Source: Tubiluchus corallicola
Lineage: Eukaryota; Animalia; Priapulida
Direction of reading: 5' to 3'
Length of the DNA stretch: 64,000 nt
Assembly: GCA_030141605.1 (NCBI GenBank)
Contig: JAQGDQ010000509.1
Span: 95,511 to 159,510 of the forward strand
Below the pieces are notes generated by a model, which saw only the letters and a program-made list of their open reading frames with translations, made no database searches and had not been told where the DNA came from. Shown in pieces: positions 34,617 to 47,700 of this stretch (the stretch's first letter is position 1; each line of letters starts with the position of its first letter). The position numbers and the translations under genes are program-made.

Positions 34617-35731
34617 CTATAAAAAGTACAAAAAAAGTAATTATGGTAACTGTGTAAGAAATGGACTGGAATGAAAAAGCATATTACTCGTAGTAATAAC
34701 AATAATAATAAGTAGCCAAACCCCGCAAAAAGAATATTGTGCATACATGAACACACCACACCAACCACACCACAACACCAACACCATACAACCAAACCAC
34801 AACATCCACACACCACACCATACCACACAATCTACAACACACCACACCACACCACCCACACCATACCACACTATCTACAACACAACAAACTACACATACT
34901 ACCCCAAACCCACCACATCACATGGTGATTATAATGATGATGCCGATAACATCAATAACCAACAACACAGCAGCATAGCGAAACCATGGTAACATCATGC
35001 ACAAAGTTGAAATTGAATATGATAAATGCTATTAGACCCATCCACAAATGAGCAATAATGCAGGCACATTCTACGTAGTGTTTGCAAACTGCTCCTTTTG
35101 ATCGCAACAGACTATTATTATAATGCTTATATTATAACAGCCAGCAGCAGCTTTTACTGAACAAAATTATAGGCAGAGTATAATGGATGACGTCACAACA
35201 ATGGCTTTGCGCCAGAAGTTTTTCAAGCGGAAATTACTTGAAATGGAACCTCTAATCAACTTGTCACAGCTCCTCATGGTGGACGTGTCCTAAGATGCAG
35301 CCCGCATCATCTTATAGCCCCAATCTCCCTCTTTCTAAAGAGCTATATATCTCTTTCCAGGGGTCCCACCAGATGCCGCTAGGACGTTTTTTCTACAGGC
35401 TGTTTGGTCGAATTTGGAAAAACACGGGATTTAGGTCCGGGAAAAAGCCCGTTACGGGATGCCACGGCCCTCCCGCAAATTCTAAACATGCCCACTACAC
35501 CCACCGTTGAACGGGCTTTCTATCCATGGCTGGCACCACCCATGGCCTGTTCCCGTTCTCCAGAACTAAGAGGTATAAATTTTGCAAAAACCGGCCAGAA
35601 AACTCAATCAAACTCCAGTTTCACTCGGTGGGCCCGATTTGAAAAATAAACCCTCAGCGAGAAGGTACTAGATCGAGACCTCTTGTTTGACATACAGATC
35701 GCCGAAAATGGTATCATCTGTAGCCTCGAAT

Positions 35732-35770
<39 letters not shown>

Positions 35771-38700
35771 CCCATACCACTAAAATTAATGTATATACGA
35801 CCAGCAAAGGCCAGGCAAATAAATACACGTATAAAAAATACGAGAACATCCTACATAGTCCTCATTTACAAGGCAAAGCCAGCAGCGGTTTTCACTGAGT
35901 AAAAGTTATAAAGTTATAGACAAGTACAAAGGAATGATGTCTGAACGAAATGTCAGCAGTTTTATAAGCGACAATTGCCAAAAATGGAACTTCTAATTAA
36001 CTCGTCGCCACTCCTCTTGCTTGAGGTGTCCTAAAAAGAGCCATATATCGCCTTCCGTTAGTCCCACCAGGTGCCGCTAGGATGTTTTTTCTGCACGCTG
36101 TTTGGTCAAAATTTCGAAAAAATCGGGAGTTGGGTCCGAGAAAACGCCTGTTACGGGATGCCGTGCCTCTCCCGCGAATTCCAAATATGCCTACTACACC
36201 TACCGTTGATGGGGCGATGCAACCATTATCAGTATCACTCCAGGCCCATTCCCGTTCTCCAGAAATAAGAGAAATAAGTCTGGCAAAAAAACAGCCGAAA
36301 AAGAGCCATTTTTGGAGGGGTTTTCGCCCCCCCCCATTTCACCCAGTGGGCCTGAATTGAAAAATAAGCCCCCAATGAGAAGACACTAGATCAAGACTTT
36401 TCGTTTGATATACAGATCGCCGCAAATGGGCAGATAGTGCCGTTGTCAGATTGTACGATATCTTGACAACGATTTCATAGTAATTGTGACCATTTTGTCA
36501 TTATACAATTATTTTTGCCAGAAAGGAATATTTTGACTATGAAACAAATCAGTTAAATGCGTGTCTGTAGTTGTAAAAGGTATCTTTCAAAACTGCACAT
36601 TAAGACTCAAGAATAAAGACTCGCTTTTGCTTATTTTGACAAAGATATTGTTCAAAGTACCAGAAAGTTATAATTCAAGCATTATCATAATTTAAATAAA
36701 ATACTTCATGAGATATGTGGAATATACAATTTAAAAATTTAAAATTAAAAATGGTAGAAACTCATTTGATCCACTAAACAATTTCAAAAAAATAAGTTGT
36801 CTAAGTAACAGTAAGCCAGTTTAAGTCACAAATATATTATTTATAAGTTGTATAATCATTGCAGTCAAATATATTTTTTACACACCATTACGTTCAAGAA
36901 TTATATACAGTTGTATGTAATGAAAAATTTCTACAAAAAATTCAGCAGGGCAGAACATGGGTGTTGAATACGAAAATTGTATTGCGATATTTTTCTTCAA
37001 TTTGCCATATGTAATGCGATATATTGATGTAAAATGAATTAAATAAAATCATGGTAAGATCGCTGTAGCACCTTACTTAAGTGAATAGGACTGACTTTAA
37101 ACTACTAAATTTTTCTTTAGTAAGTAGAGGATGTATTAAATTAGATTGCAACTCCCATGTATTGTCAGTTTGTTATTCTATATGAAATGCTACATGAAAA
37201 TTAAACTTAAAGAGCAAATAATTAGGTGATGTATTAATATTGCTGTACTAGTGCATTTATTATTATGTTGTATTTCATTGTACTATGGTACGTAGCAATA
37301 TGATCTTAATTATGTCTTTAGACGAGGAATTGTGAATTATGGAATTATAAGCACTTTTTCATCTAAATCTAGCAATAGACACTTTTTAATACCTTTGATA
37401 CCTGATGACTTTGACCTACAAAAATTAAATTTCTGTGGCACCAGTATGTAACATTTTCCATGCTAACGAATTTTTTTGTCAAATTAGTTACAAATGAATT
37501 AGTTGAGTATTAAGGGCTGTTCATCTTTAGACGTATAAATAGGAATGTTTAGTTTAGTCACTTTAAATAAGATTAATTTTTGTTTACAATATTGCTAATA
37601 TGTTAGTGAGATACATGAATATTTGTTTACTTAACTCTGGAAGTCAAGGGTTAAACTACAGAATTTAATGATAAGCACCTAGTGTCTGACAGCTTGCTTG
37701 CTGGAGTATGCTTCTGCTGTTTGCTACTCAAAGAGTGTCACAGCATAATTAATGACCACTGAGTCATCTGGCTCTTGCTAACCTTTCACCTGGGTTATGC
37801 ATACAAAATTTTATGCGTAATTTGCATAAATGGCTCATAAGTTTCATGTAATAAATGCTAAACAGTCAAAGACAAACTAGAACATGTGAGAATATGACAA
37901 AACAGCAGCTTTTCAATCTGACTTTAATTATCTTATTGCAAGGGTAAATTTAATAAATGAGGCAGCCTTATAACTATTACAGAATATCTGTTTGTTTAGT
38001 AGCATATTGACTAATGATAGCCTAAAGGAAGCATTATGACTTCTATCTAGTATGCTATCTAGTAACTTCTTCCTGGACTTCTTTAACACAATATTTCTGA
38101 GTCAGCAAAAGTTCAGCAAAAAAGGATGGCATTATGTAGCAACAACCTAATGACTGCACTAAGTCTTTGAATTCAGGTGAATCCACAACACTAAAGGGCT
38201 CATACAATTTATGAGAAAGCAGGCGACTGTTTCAGTTATAGTAATTTACTTTGCTGAATCTTTTGAATACTTGTTTGAAAAGTGAGTTCTACTAGCAGAT
38301 GTTTACTTTTATGTGTAACAGCGATCTGTGTGTCTGTTATAGCAGCTGCAGTTTTGGTTTCCGTACCAATACCAATCCGAGTGATGGGATGATGGCGGCG
38401 TATCTTTTTAGCTGGGTATTGGCCAATAATAAATCACTTTACAAGTGGGGCACAAATGATCATGATACTGCATCATATATATATGGCAGCTCTGTTGTAC
38501 TGATCATTATGATAATAGGCAAAAAATTAACTGCTGTTTAGATTTACACTTTATCGAGCCGAGTTTTTTCGAAGGTAATCTACCTAATAGTTCAATTAGG
38601 TTATTTACCGATTAGTTTCATTACCAATGTAGTGGCTTTAATTAGCCACACGATATACTGATAATCCAAAAAAACAATACACAAAAAATTCTGAGATATC

Positions 38701-41700
38701 ACGTATTGCAATATATCGCCAAACCCTAGTAAATATTCAGTAATTTTTCTTTTAAAGGTAACCTATCTCATAAAATGATGTAGTACAATGTTGTTCTACC
38801 CATGTTATATAAATCTACAAGATGTCAGTCAAAAACAGATTGGATAAAAAAAATCCACTATTCTCAAACAGTAAGAATTTTCGCAGTGAAAAAATAAAAC
38901 TAATTTGCATTGGTACCTGCTGAGTTACGGTATTAGTCATGCAATTGTCAGTGTATGCTTCCTCGACGTGGATATGCATAAACCTAATATCGGTAGACAA
39001 GTCTGTGTGTCGAACGTGAATGTGTATATTGTCCTCTGGTATATAATCCTTTATGGCATCCTAAAACACAATGAAGACATAATGTATGCACTTTTAAGAA
39101 TGGCACATTAGACAGCGCTCAAATGTTCTACTCCGATGTTTAAAGATCATCCTCAGTACTAATATAGATCACGTTATTAATGATGACATATTCCAAATAC
39201 TCCATACAGTTCTACTAATTCTTTGAAGGTGTACATTAGATTTTATGTTCAGATATTATTTGACAATTGCACCACAGGAATGCAGAATACAGAAGCTTAG
39301 ATGCAAAGATACTCAGTAGAAGTGTTTGCTAACTGGCAGCTGTTGGATGTTTCTTTGGCCATCACCAAACTTACCATTTCTTTGCCACTTTACGTAGGTG
39401 ATTTTACAACTTTATATTAAATGAAATCATTGTCAAAGTTTTACTGGCTTTACCTAATATATGTCGAACAAAAATTTCACTTCTTCCGTTAACAACTCAA
39501 TAAACAAGATGAAGAAAATATATATTTCACTGCAGATACATAACAAAAAGATTAAACATTAAGCAGTTAAACAATAACAGTGGGCATTCAGAGGTTGACT
39601 TACACAATGAGCTAGTAGGGTTTATTTGTTCTAATTATCTATTAATTTATGATGATTTTCCTAACGTATACCTTTCCAAATAATTTTTACTCTGCCCCCA
39701 AAAATTAAGCCCCGACATTACTTTTGTACCGAGTTAAAATTTTAAGAAAGCTTACGTTATCAGGAAATAATTTGTATGTCTTCTCAGTGTGAATAAATCT
39801 ACTGCCTTCCTCATTCAAGTCGATCATTTGCACGGTCACACCATCTGCTTCACTGGAGACATCATTATTCTCAGATTCTTGAGCTCGAGCTAAACAAAAA
39901 AGTTTATTTCAGACTGTACAGGGTACATTAAGTACATATGAACTACCAGCTGTCACACGTTGCTTTATACAAGGTGGTACAACAGGCCATCTGGCTCAAG
40001 TCTTTAATAGTATTCTGAAAATCATTTTATGCCTGTAAAACGAAAACCTACAAGCAAATCGGATCACACATCATTGACATCAGATGTCAATGAATGAACT
40101 TAATGCACTGTTTCAACCCTTTATCTATTTACCAAAATAGGAAACAAAAGAAGTAGATTTATCGTGTCAAATTTTTCAAATTTCTAATGTAAAAATTATA
40201 CCGAGATAGCCAGATAAGGCGTCAATCAAAAACACTAAATTTAGTAACCATTAAATTACACATAAAGACAAAATTATTTGATCTCTTATAACATTTTACA
40301 AATTTAATAATCAATGTCTAACATTGTTGGACACAAAACATGATGGTTGACCTACATTTAGTAGACTGCAGGCTATCTGTCATATAAACCTCTAAGTGCG
40401 AATGAGTTTGTAGAGAATGTAGCAGTATTTGACCCTCTGCATGAAACAGGAATACTAAAGGAATGTTAACATCTTTACTGCCATCACCAGACATTGCAAA
40501 CATCGGGGATGTGCTACTACTCGTGCCTTCATTACTATCTGAAACATAATTATGATGTTACTTAGTTGCGAGTCATAAAGTCATACTGTATAAGTTACTT
40601 TTTTTAATAACTTGTTACCTATTTTTTCAAAAAACCTATTTAAACTATAAAGAAAAAGTAGCTAAACAAATCAGTTACTTTGTTAGAGCATCTAAGCAGG
40701 AAAATTAGTGCATATATTGGATAACTTTATTTTTCATAATTCATCTGACGGTTAGTTTAGCAACTCGAAAGATGTTACCTTTTTAAATTTTTTAACTAAT
40801 ATTTTTATGTAATAAGCACTGTCAGTTATAAAAATTAATCAGTTACTTTTGCAAATTAGTTACCACTATTAATTTGGTTTTGGGACAGTAAATTGCAACT
40901 GTAAGTGTTTGCTAACTGTAATTTCTAACTATAAATAATAAGTTTTCTAAAGTACCTCGCACAACGAATTGCTTCTTATTTCTTCGAGGATTGGTGTTAA
41001 TGTATTAGAGAGTTTCCACTGCAAATCTTTTTTATTGATACTAGTCAGAACGATTCAGGGGCAATGCATTTACGAAAAGTTTAGGTGGATGAAATCCAAT
41101 CCGTTTCTCAAATAAATTACATTTGCCTCAACAGGTGCAAACCCAAGTAAATTAACATATAAATCTTGAAAATGCTGCTTTTTGAAGCAGTAATCGGGGA
41201 GTAATTTATAGATTTGTCAGGATCCATTCTACAGCTGTACAATTCAACTTGTTTTTGTACAGATATTATATATTACACAGTGCACTACGTCAGAAATTTA
41301 GGGCTAGCTCAATTTTTGTGCTAAAATCGTTATTTTTGTAGCTAGTTAAGTCAATTTGGGGGTGCTGAATTCAAAAATGATGCGTACCATTTTTTTGCTG
41401 CACATCTTCGGCCTCCATTTTGGATTTCAAAGTGGCCGTCACTAACATTTAAAAATTAAGCTAGTTGCCAAGTCCCTCATTGGACTCATAGGAAGTATGA
41501 GGGCTTGATGTGCATTAAATACTTTAAAAAAGTGAGCGTGGCTAAGTCACGTGACAGGGGCTAGAATATCCAAATTGATGCAAATGTTTTTGTCCCTCAA
41601 TTGCTATTATAGTTACTTTGCTAGGATCCCACGTTTCTGAATTCGTACGCAGCTGCGTAGGTCACGTGACACAGACGAAAGTGTAAAAATATGTCAATAT

Positions 41701-44700
41701 CAATAACCGAGTATGAACTGCAGCTCGAATCATTAAAACTGGTCTTGCAAGAACCTGGAATAGCTCTAGGACTGATGTATCTTGCAGTGACCTTAAACAA
41801 AAGTATCAAGGTCAATGGACATCGATCAGTTTTTGCTATTATATCTAATAACTCAAAAATTACAGTACTAAGTGCTTGCACAACAGTGCACAAAGACAAG
41901 GGTTGTCCTTTGAATAAATCTTATATATTTCAATCAAATTTTTTAGTTTATTATCTTTCTGTTTTGGCTAACCACAATTTTAGTTTTAAAAATGGCTGAC
42001 ATTTTCAGTTTCTTTTTTAGTATGAAGGTAACACACTGTGTAAACTTACTATTAAATTACATATAGTAGTTACATTGTAAAAAGCTTATTTTGAAATTAT
42101 TCAGAGTTTAACCAGAGTTTAACTGTCGTCTATGGATCTATTTTGATGTTTTAGCCCCTGTCACGTGACTTAGTCACACCCACTTTTTTAAAGCGTGTAC
42201 ATCAAGCTCACTTCACACTTCCTTATTTGTAGACAAACCTAGCTCAAAGTCCTATGAGGAACTTAGCAACAAGCCTAATCTTTAAATGTTAATGTTTCTA
42301 AATTTTGACATCCAAAATGGAACCGGCCACAACTAGCCACAAAAATCAATTTTGGCACTAAAATCGAGCTGAAATACATAAGAGCCTGTACTAGTATGCT
42401 TAATTACTCTGTAATAGTGCATATAAGTTTAACAAGCATTTTCTTGAGCTTTTTATATAAAATGCTGAGGTTCATCAACCTTCGTAATGTCACATACCAG
42501 GCAATGCATTTTTCGTTATGCAACATAATTTAATATGAAGCAGCTCTGGTGTGACACGACCAAATATATAGAAAAGTATTAACAGGTTGTAAATAAACTT
42601 GCGTGTACAATATAATTATGTCCCAATTTAACTTATTTTTCACCAGTAACAAATAAGAATATTAAACTTTTTGTAATACCCTTCATATTTTTGACTAGGG
42701 TAGATTCACTAACAATGATTAAATAAATGAGGTTCCATTAGTACCATTTTCATCTGCATTCTTTGCATTTTAAATGTACCAAACTGTAAACAGTGCTAAT
42801 AATACTATGTAAGACATAAGTGGCACTTACTATTGACTAAAAATGAATACACGTTGGAAAGCGTTATCTATTTTCATCACAAATTGTACAGTACAAAACA
42901 AAACATCTCAAATTAAACAGTGTTCTCCATAATATTATCACAACTAAAACATAGTATGTTGCTTCAAGAATGGTTCTCTCATACCTTAAGGGTATATTTG
43001 GCATCTGTTATGGGAATATTTATTTTAAATACTTCATATAGATGAAGTGACTATAAATACCTATGACTATTCCTCCAATAGCCCCAGCGTGCATCAAATT
43101 GCGTGCTTTTTCAATGAACATGCAATCTCCACGTTCCACTACGGCAATTGTTCCAGACAACTCTGGTATATTTTTTATAGGAGTGCAAGCTTTAAAAGGC
43201 TCTGCCACAACAACAGCACCTTTCAGCTGAAATAGAAAACCACTGATATCACTCATGCATCTGTTAGCTGCTTATTTTTTATACAGACTAGCTTAAACAA
43301 GCCCATTGGTTACACAAAGTAAGGCATTACAACATCACAGTACAGGAATCACAAAACATCAATCAACCAGCAAGAGCACACCTTACAATGGCCATTCAGG
43401 CACTTTACCTGGCTAGCTGCTCCACAGCACCATAACTTTACTCACAAACACCACGGTAAATGTACGTGCAGAATATACTTAAACATACCAAATATACTGA
43501 AAAAGTGTGAGTATACACGATTGGATTATACAAAAAGGACAGACAAGGGTTGCTGATTGAACAAAGATGTGGAAGACCTCATGAAAAACTGAACACTTTA
43601 AAACTTAATAAAACCTTGCCGTGTTTTCCAAGGTAGTTAGCTTTCTATTTTTCCAAATTTGGAAATTGACATTGTTCTATAATGTAAGGGTATAATATAC
43701 TAGCTTACTTCAGAACTTATACATGTACAGCAGGAAGTTGCCAGATACTACTGCACAGAATAAAATAGTATTTATTAAAGTTGATAGTTACTAGGCCCTC
43801 TTAATTATTATATTCACAAAGTTCAGCCTGGGCAGCTTAGGCTGTCTAAATTGGTCTTGAATAAATCGTTTTACATGTATTTTTGTGCCCATAAATAGAT
43901 ATAACTGGAATATCCATCTGAGTAGCTAAGATTCACATTTTCCTTACATTATGCAAAAAAGTATTCGTAGAAGAATTCAGATAGCATAAGACAGTTTTAA
44001 TTTTTACACTGAGCTTTAATGCCAAGATACTGGAAAACAATTTTATAGCAAATGTAAGTAAAAATATCTATAATTTTATTTCTCGTGCAGCGGTAGGCTT
44101 TTTTCATTGAAGACCAGCATTCTGGTCATCAGGTAACAACAATTAGTTTTTCACATAAAACCTTGATATTACATGGATTTCCTTGATCGAAATGATTAAA
44201 TACACCTTGTGGTTAGGTAAGTATAACATTTCTGAAATAGGTGACAAATTGTTACAAAATGTCTATTCACTTTCGTGTTTTTCCCGTATGTTTATAGTTA
44301 TTCTGTACGGTAGTGGCTCCTGTCAGCCAGCAAGTTTGTGAAGCTTAGCCAGGGCGGCATGGCTTAGTGCTGACTGTGATCTGTGTTTTAGAATAAGAAA
44401 ATAGAAATAGAGAATTCTTAAAAATAACTGAACTGCTAATCAGCTGTGTTTTTGTTGTAGCCTGTAAGATCGAAGTTGGTATAGAAATTCATAAATCAAA
44501 GACCAGAACGAAAAATTTGATTTATAAGCACTTATTTCATATTTTGGAGTGTTCAGGATAAAAAAATTGGAAAGCAGCAGCTAAAGTGCTTGGTGCTTAG
44601 GAACCAATGGTAAGAGATACTGTGAGCAGCTTCCATAACAGTGGAGATAAAGAAAGGCTAGTGAAGCAAGAAGCTTTAAGTGAATACGAGATTACAAGGT

Positions 44701-47700
44701 TAATCCACAAATACATGTAAAACTGCACCAGAAGACTCCACGAGACCTGCACTTGCCAATACAATTTTGAAGGTTGCCAAGTAGGTAACAGGCTGAAACC
44801 AACACAGATGGGGTTGCAGTAGAGTTGGGAATTGGTCTGAACCTTCAAAAATGATCGATGATCGACTAGTGATCGAGAGTAATATTTGGTAGTATTGGGT
44901 CAGTATGAAATCAGAACATAAAAATTTCAACATTTATTTTATTATTTGCGTTGTTTTACCTCTAAAAGACACTGTAGTTGTTTTCCACAATAATTAAATA
45001 GCAAAAACGAGTGGCAAAATGTTGTTAGCACTTATTATAACAAGCCAGTATTAGAAATTACCACAATTTTTACCAGCCGAAAGGACTATATATTTTTTGT
45101 AATCCTGACATAAAATAAAGAAATGAAATTTGTAAAAAATTTCCATTCTTTCAAATAAATTACTGAAATGCCCAGTACTGTGGTAAATTACCTATTAGTT
45201 TAATAATTATGACATCGTGTTGACATTAAAGTCCGGAAAAATCCCACAAACAAAAGTAAATCATCTGAAAGAAAACCGCAATTTTATTTTCCAAGTTTTT
45301 TTATTAACTAACTAAGAACCAAATAAAATAACTTGGAAAATAAAATTACGGTTTTCTTTCAGATTATTTACTAAGTCATTCATAGGTTAGGGCTTTTACT
45401 TATTTACTTTCTGAACAGTAAATTGTTAGTGTTATTGGCGGGCCAGTGGTAATTTCTAACCCTGGATCATCGATCATTGGTTGAACGTTAGTTGAACGTC
45501 ACAGTTGACTAGCTTCTCAATAAAATCGATTAATCAGAACAGCAATAGGTTGCAGCACTTCACACAAGGCGGAATAATTAACTTATTAAGAGAGTATGGC
45601 AACAGGCATTAGACATTTTGCTGCACGTTTCACATTCCCATATATGATAATATTGATTCCACTTTCTCTCAGTTATTTAATTAAGAAAACAGACCAGAAA
45701 TTATATGACATAGGATAGAGGCATACATTACAAGTGATGGTAAAGAATATAATATATAAGTTCATAAAAAACACAAATATATATACAACCATAATTGGTA
45801 TGATATACATAAATCTGTAGATGCTGTAATATGTAATATTGTAAGTTCTCAAACAAAGAAGTACATTCTTATAGTGTTTGCTACACATTCAGAAAAGTGA
45901 TTTAAGGTTTTACTAAGAGGCAACAAGAGTACCTACCCCTTTAGTTCCTTGTAAGTCAAAGCCAAATTGTGCAGGTCCAGCAGTTAGTACCACACGTCCT
46001 TCATATGGCGGGGAAATAAACTGAACAATTCTTGGCTGCTGATCAATTTGCTGATTTTGACTGTTTGACAATTCTATCATCTCTTGCATAAACAACAAAC
46101 CCTCTTCTGCTTCTTCTGAGCTAGCTGCCTGTGAAAAAAAACAATGAACAAAAAATTACAAAACACATGGAACGAAATGCCAAGAACTTATACAACTCTT
46201 GGTTTTAACTTGATTTCTAAAAATTTTGATCACTAAAATAAAATTGTATAGAAGTTTTATAAAGACGCGAATAAGAATCCCTTAAAAATTTGCAAAAAAA
46301 AACAACTAGTGTCTGACAACACATGACGAAAAAACTTTGGAGACATAATCTATTAACTCGTGAATGTAAAAAAACCAAGACAACAAGATTAGATTAAATT
46401 ACCATTGGTACAAACTATAGTGTTTAACAATATTGTCCATAAATATGCAAGGCTGCTTGTAAGAAAAAGATTGATAAACATAAAGTTTACCCTTCAATAT
46501 TTACTGAAATTAAAAAAAACGCAGACGTCATCCACAAAAAGGGAGGGCGTTATCAAGAAATATCAGAATGTTGATATTAAGGAATTCTAAACTATAATAC
46601 AACAAGAATTGAGAACATTTGCCGCATCCTATTAACCAATTTCATCAAACATTTTTAAGCGATATGCTTCACGAACTCCTAAAGACAAATTTCTCTATTC
46701 AAAAATTCCCACTTCTGCCCTGTGATCGCCTTGTGCAAGTGCTATACCATCAATGGCACATTTCATCCCATTATGCATCACCTGTGATGACATCTCATGT
46801 TCACATACTATTAAACACTAGGATACGCAGAGAAGTAGAACAGTACACATATTGTTTTAAGGGAACAATGTGTAAGCTGAGTGTCAAAAATAGATACATG
46901 CAGAGAAAAGTAGCAAAATGGAAAGAAATAGGATAATTTTACTTGTTTACAAGAACTTTTAAACTTGTAAATGGTAGGGCGAAGTTTTAATTTTCTCTGC
47001 TGGAATTCACCTTTCGCATACTTTCCCATCTCAACTATTAACATTTGGGCTCCAAGTACATTCATACAAGGTTTTTGTTAGGTAACTACATCTAAACAAA
47101 TTGCTCCTGCTATGTCAGACTCCATGTTTCTATGTTACTTTTGATCTAACTTAAAACACATCCTCGAGTCTATATGTGTCATTAATTACAGAACCTTGTC
47201 TCTGAAAATTACCACAGTTAATTGGAATGAACTTCCAATTATATGCCTCATTCTTTTGATAATGGCAAGTAAATTTTAGGCCTACTTCAGCTAAGATAAA
47301 ATCCTGTGTAGCAGTATTTTTAGATATTTTTATATTCCTTATTAACTTGTTTGCTTATTAATATTAGCTAACCTAGAACTCTTTATTATTCAAAAATTCC
47401 TTCTTATGCCTGTATCACACATAAGGCATAAGGAACAAGCCATAATTCTTAATCCATAAGGCGTATTCCATCTTCCGTAAGGCATATATCATCATCTGAG
47501 GTATGCTCCTTACTCTGTGTAAATAGTAAGGCATTTTGCCATAATTCGATTTGGCAATGCACATACCTCTAGTATTAGTGACGTATTGTGTTTAAAAATT
47601 GCTTTTTAATGTTTATGAGATCATTCTGCTATGAATTCTTATGATATCAATGAATTGTGCACTGTTAAAACCACAAACATACTATTTACTGCGTTAGCGA

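Noticed and set aside
34565-34992. Cys/Val/Trp- and His/Thr/Pro-rich ORFs
   Set aside because: Translations of the CACAC microsatellite.
46400-47290. Possible LINE remnant / short ORFs
   Set aside because: Too degenerate; no diagnostic RT motif could be read.
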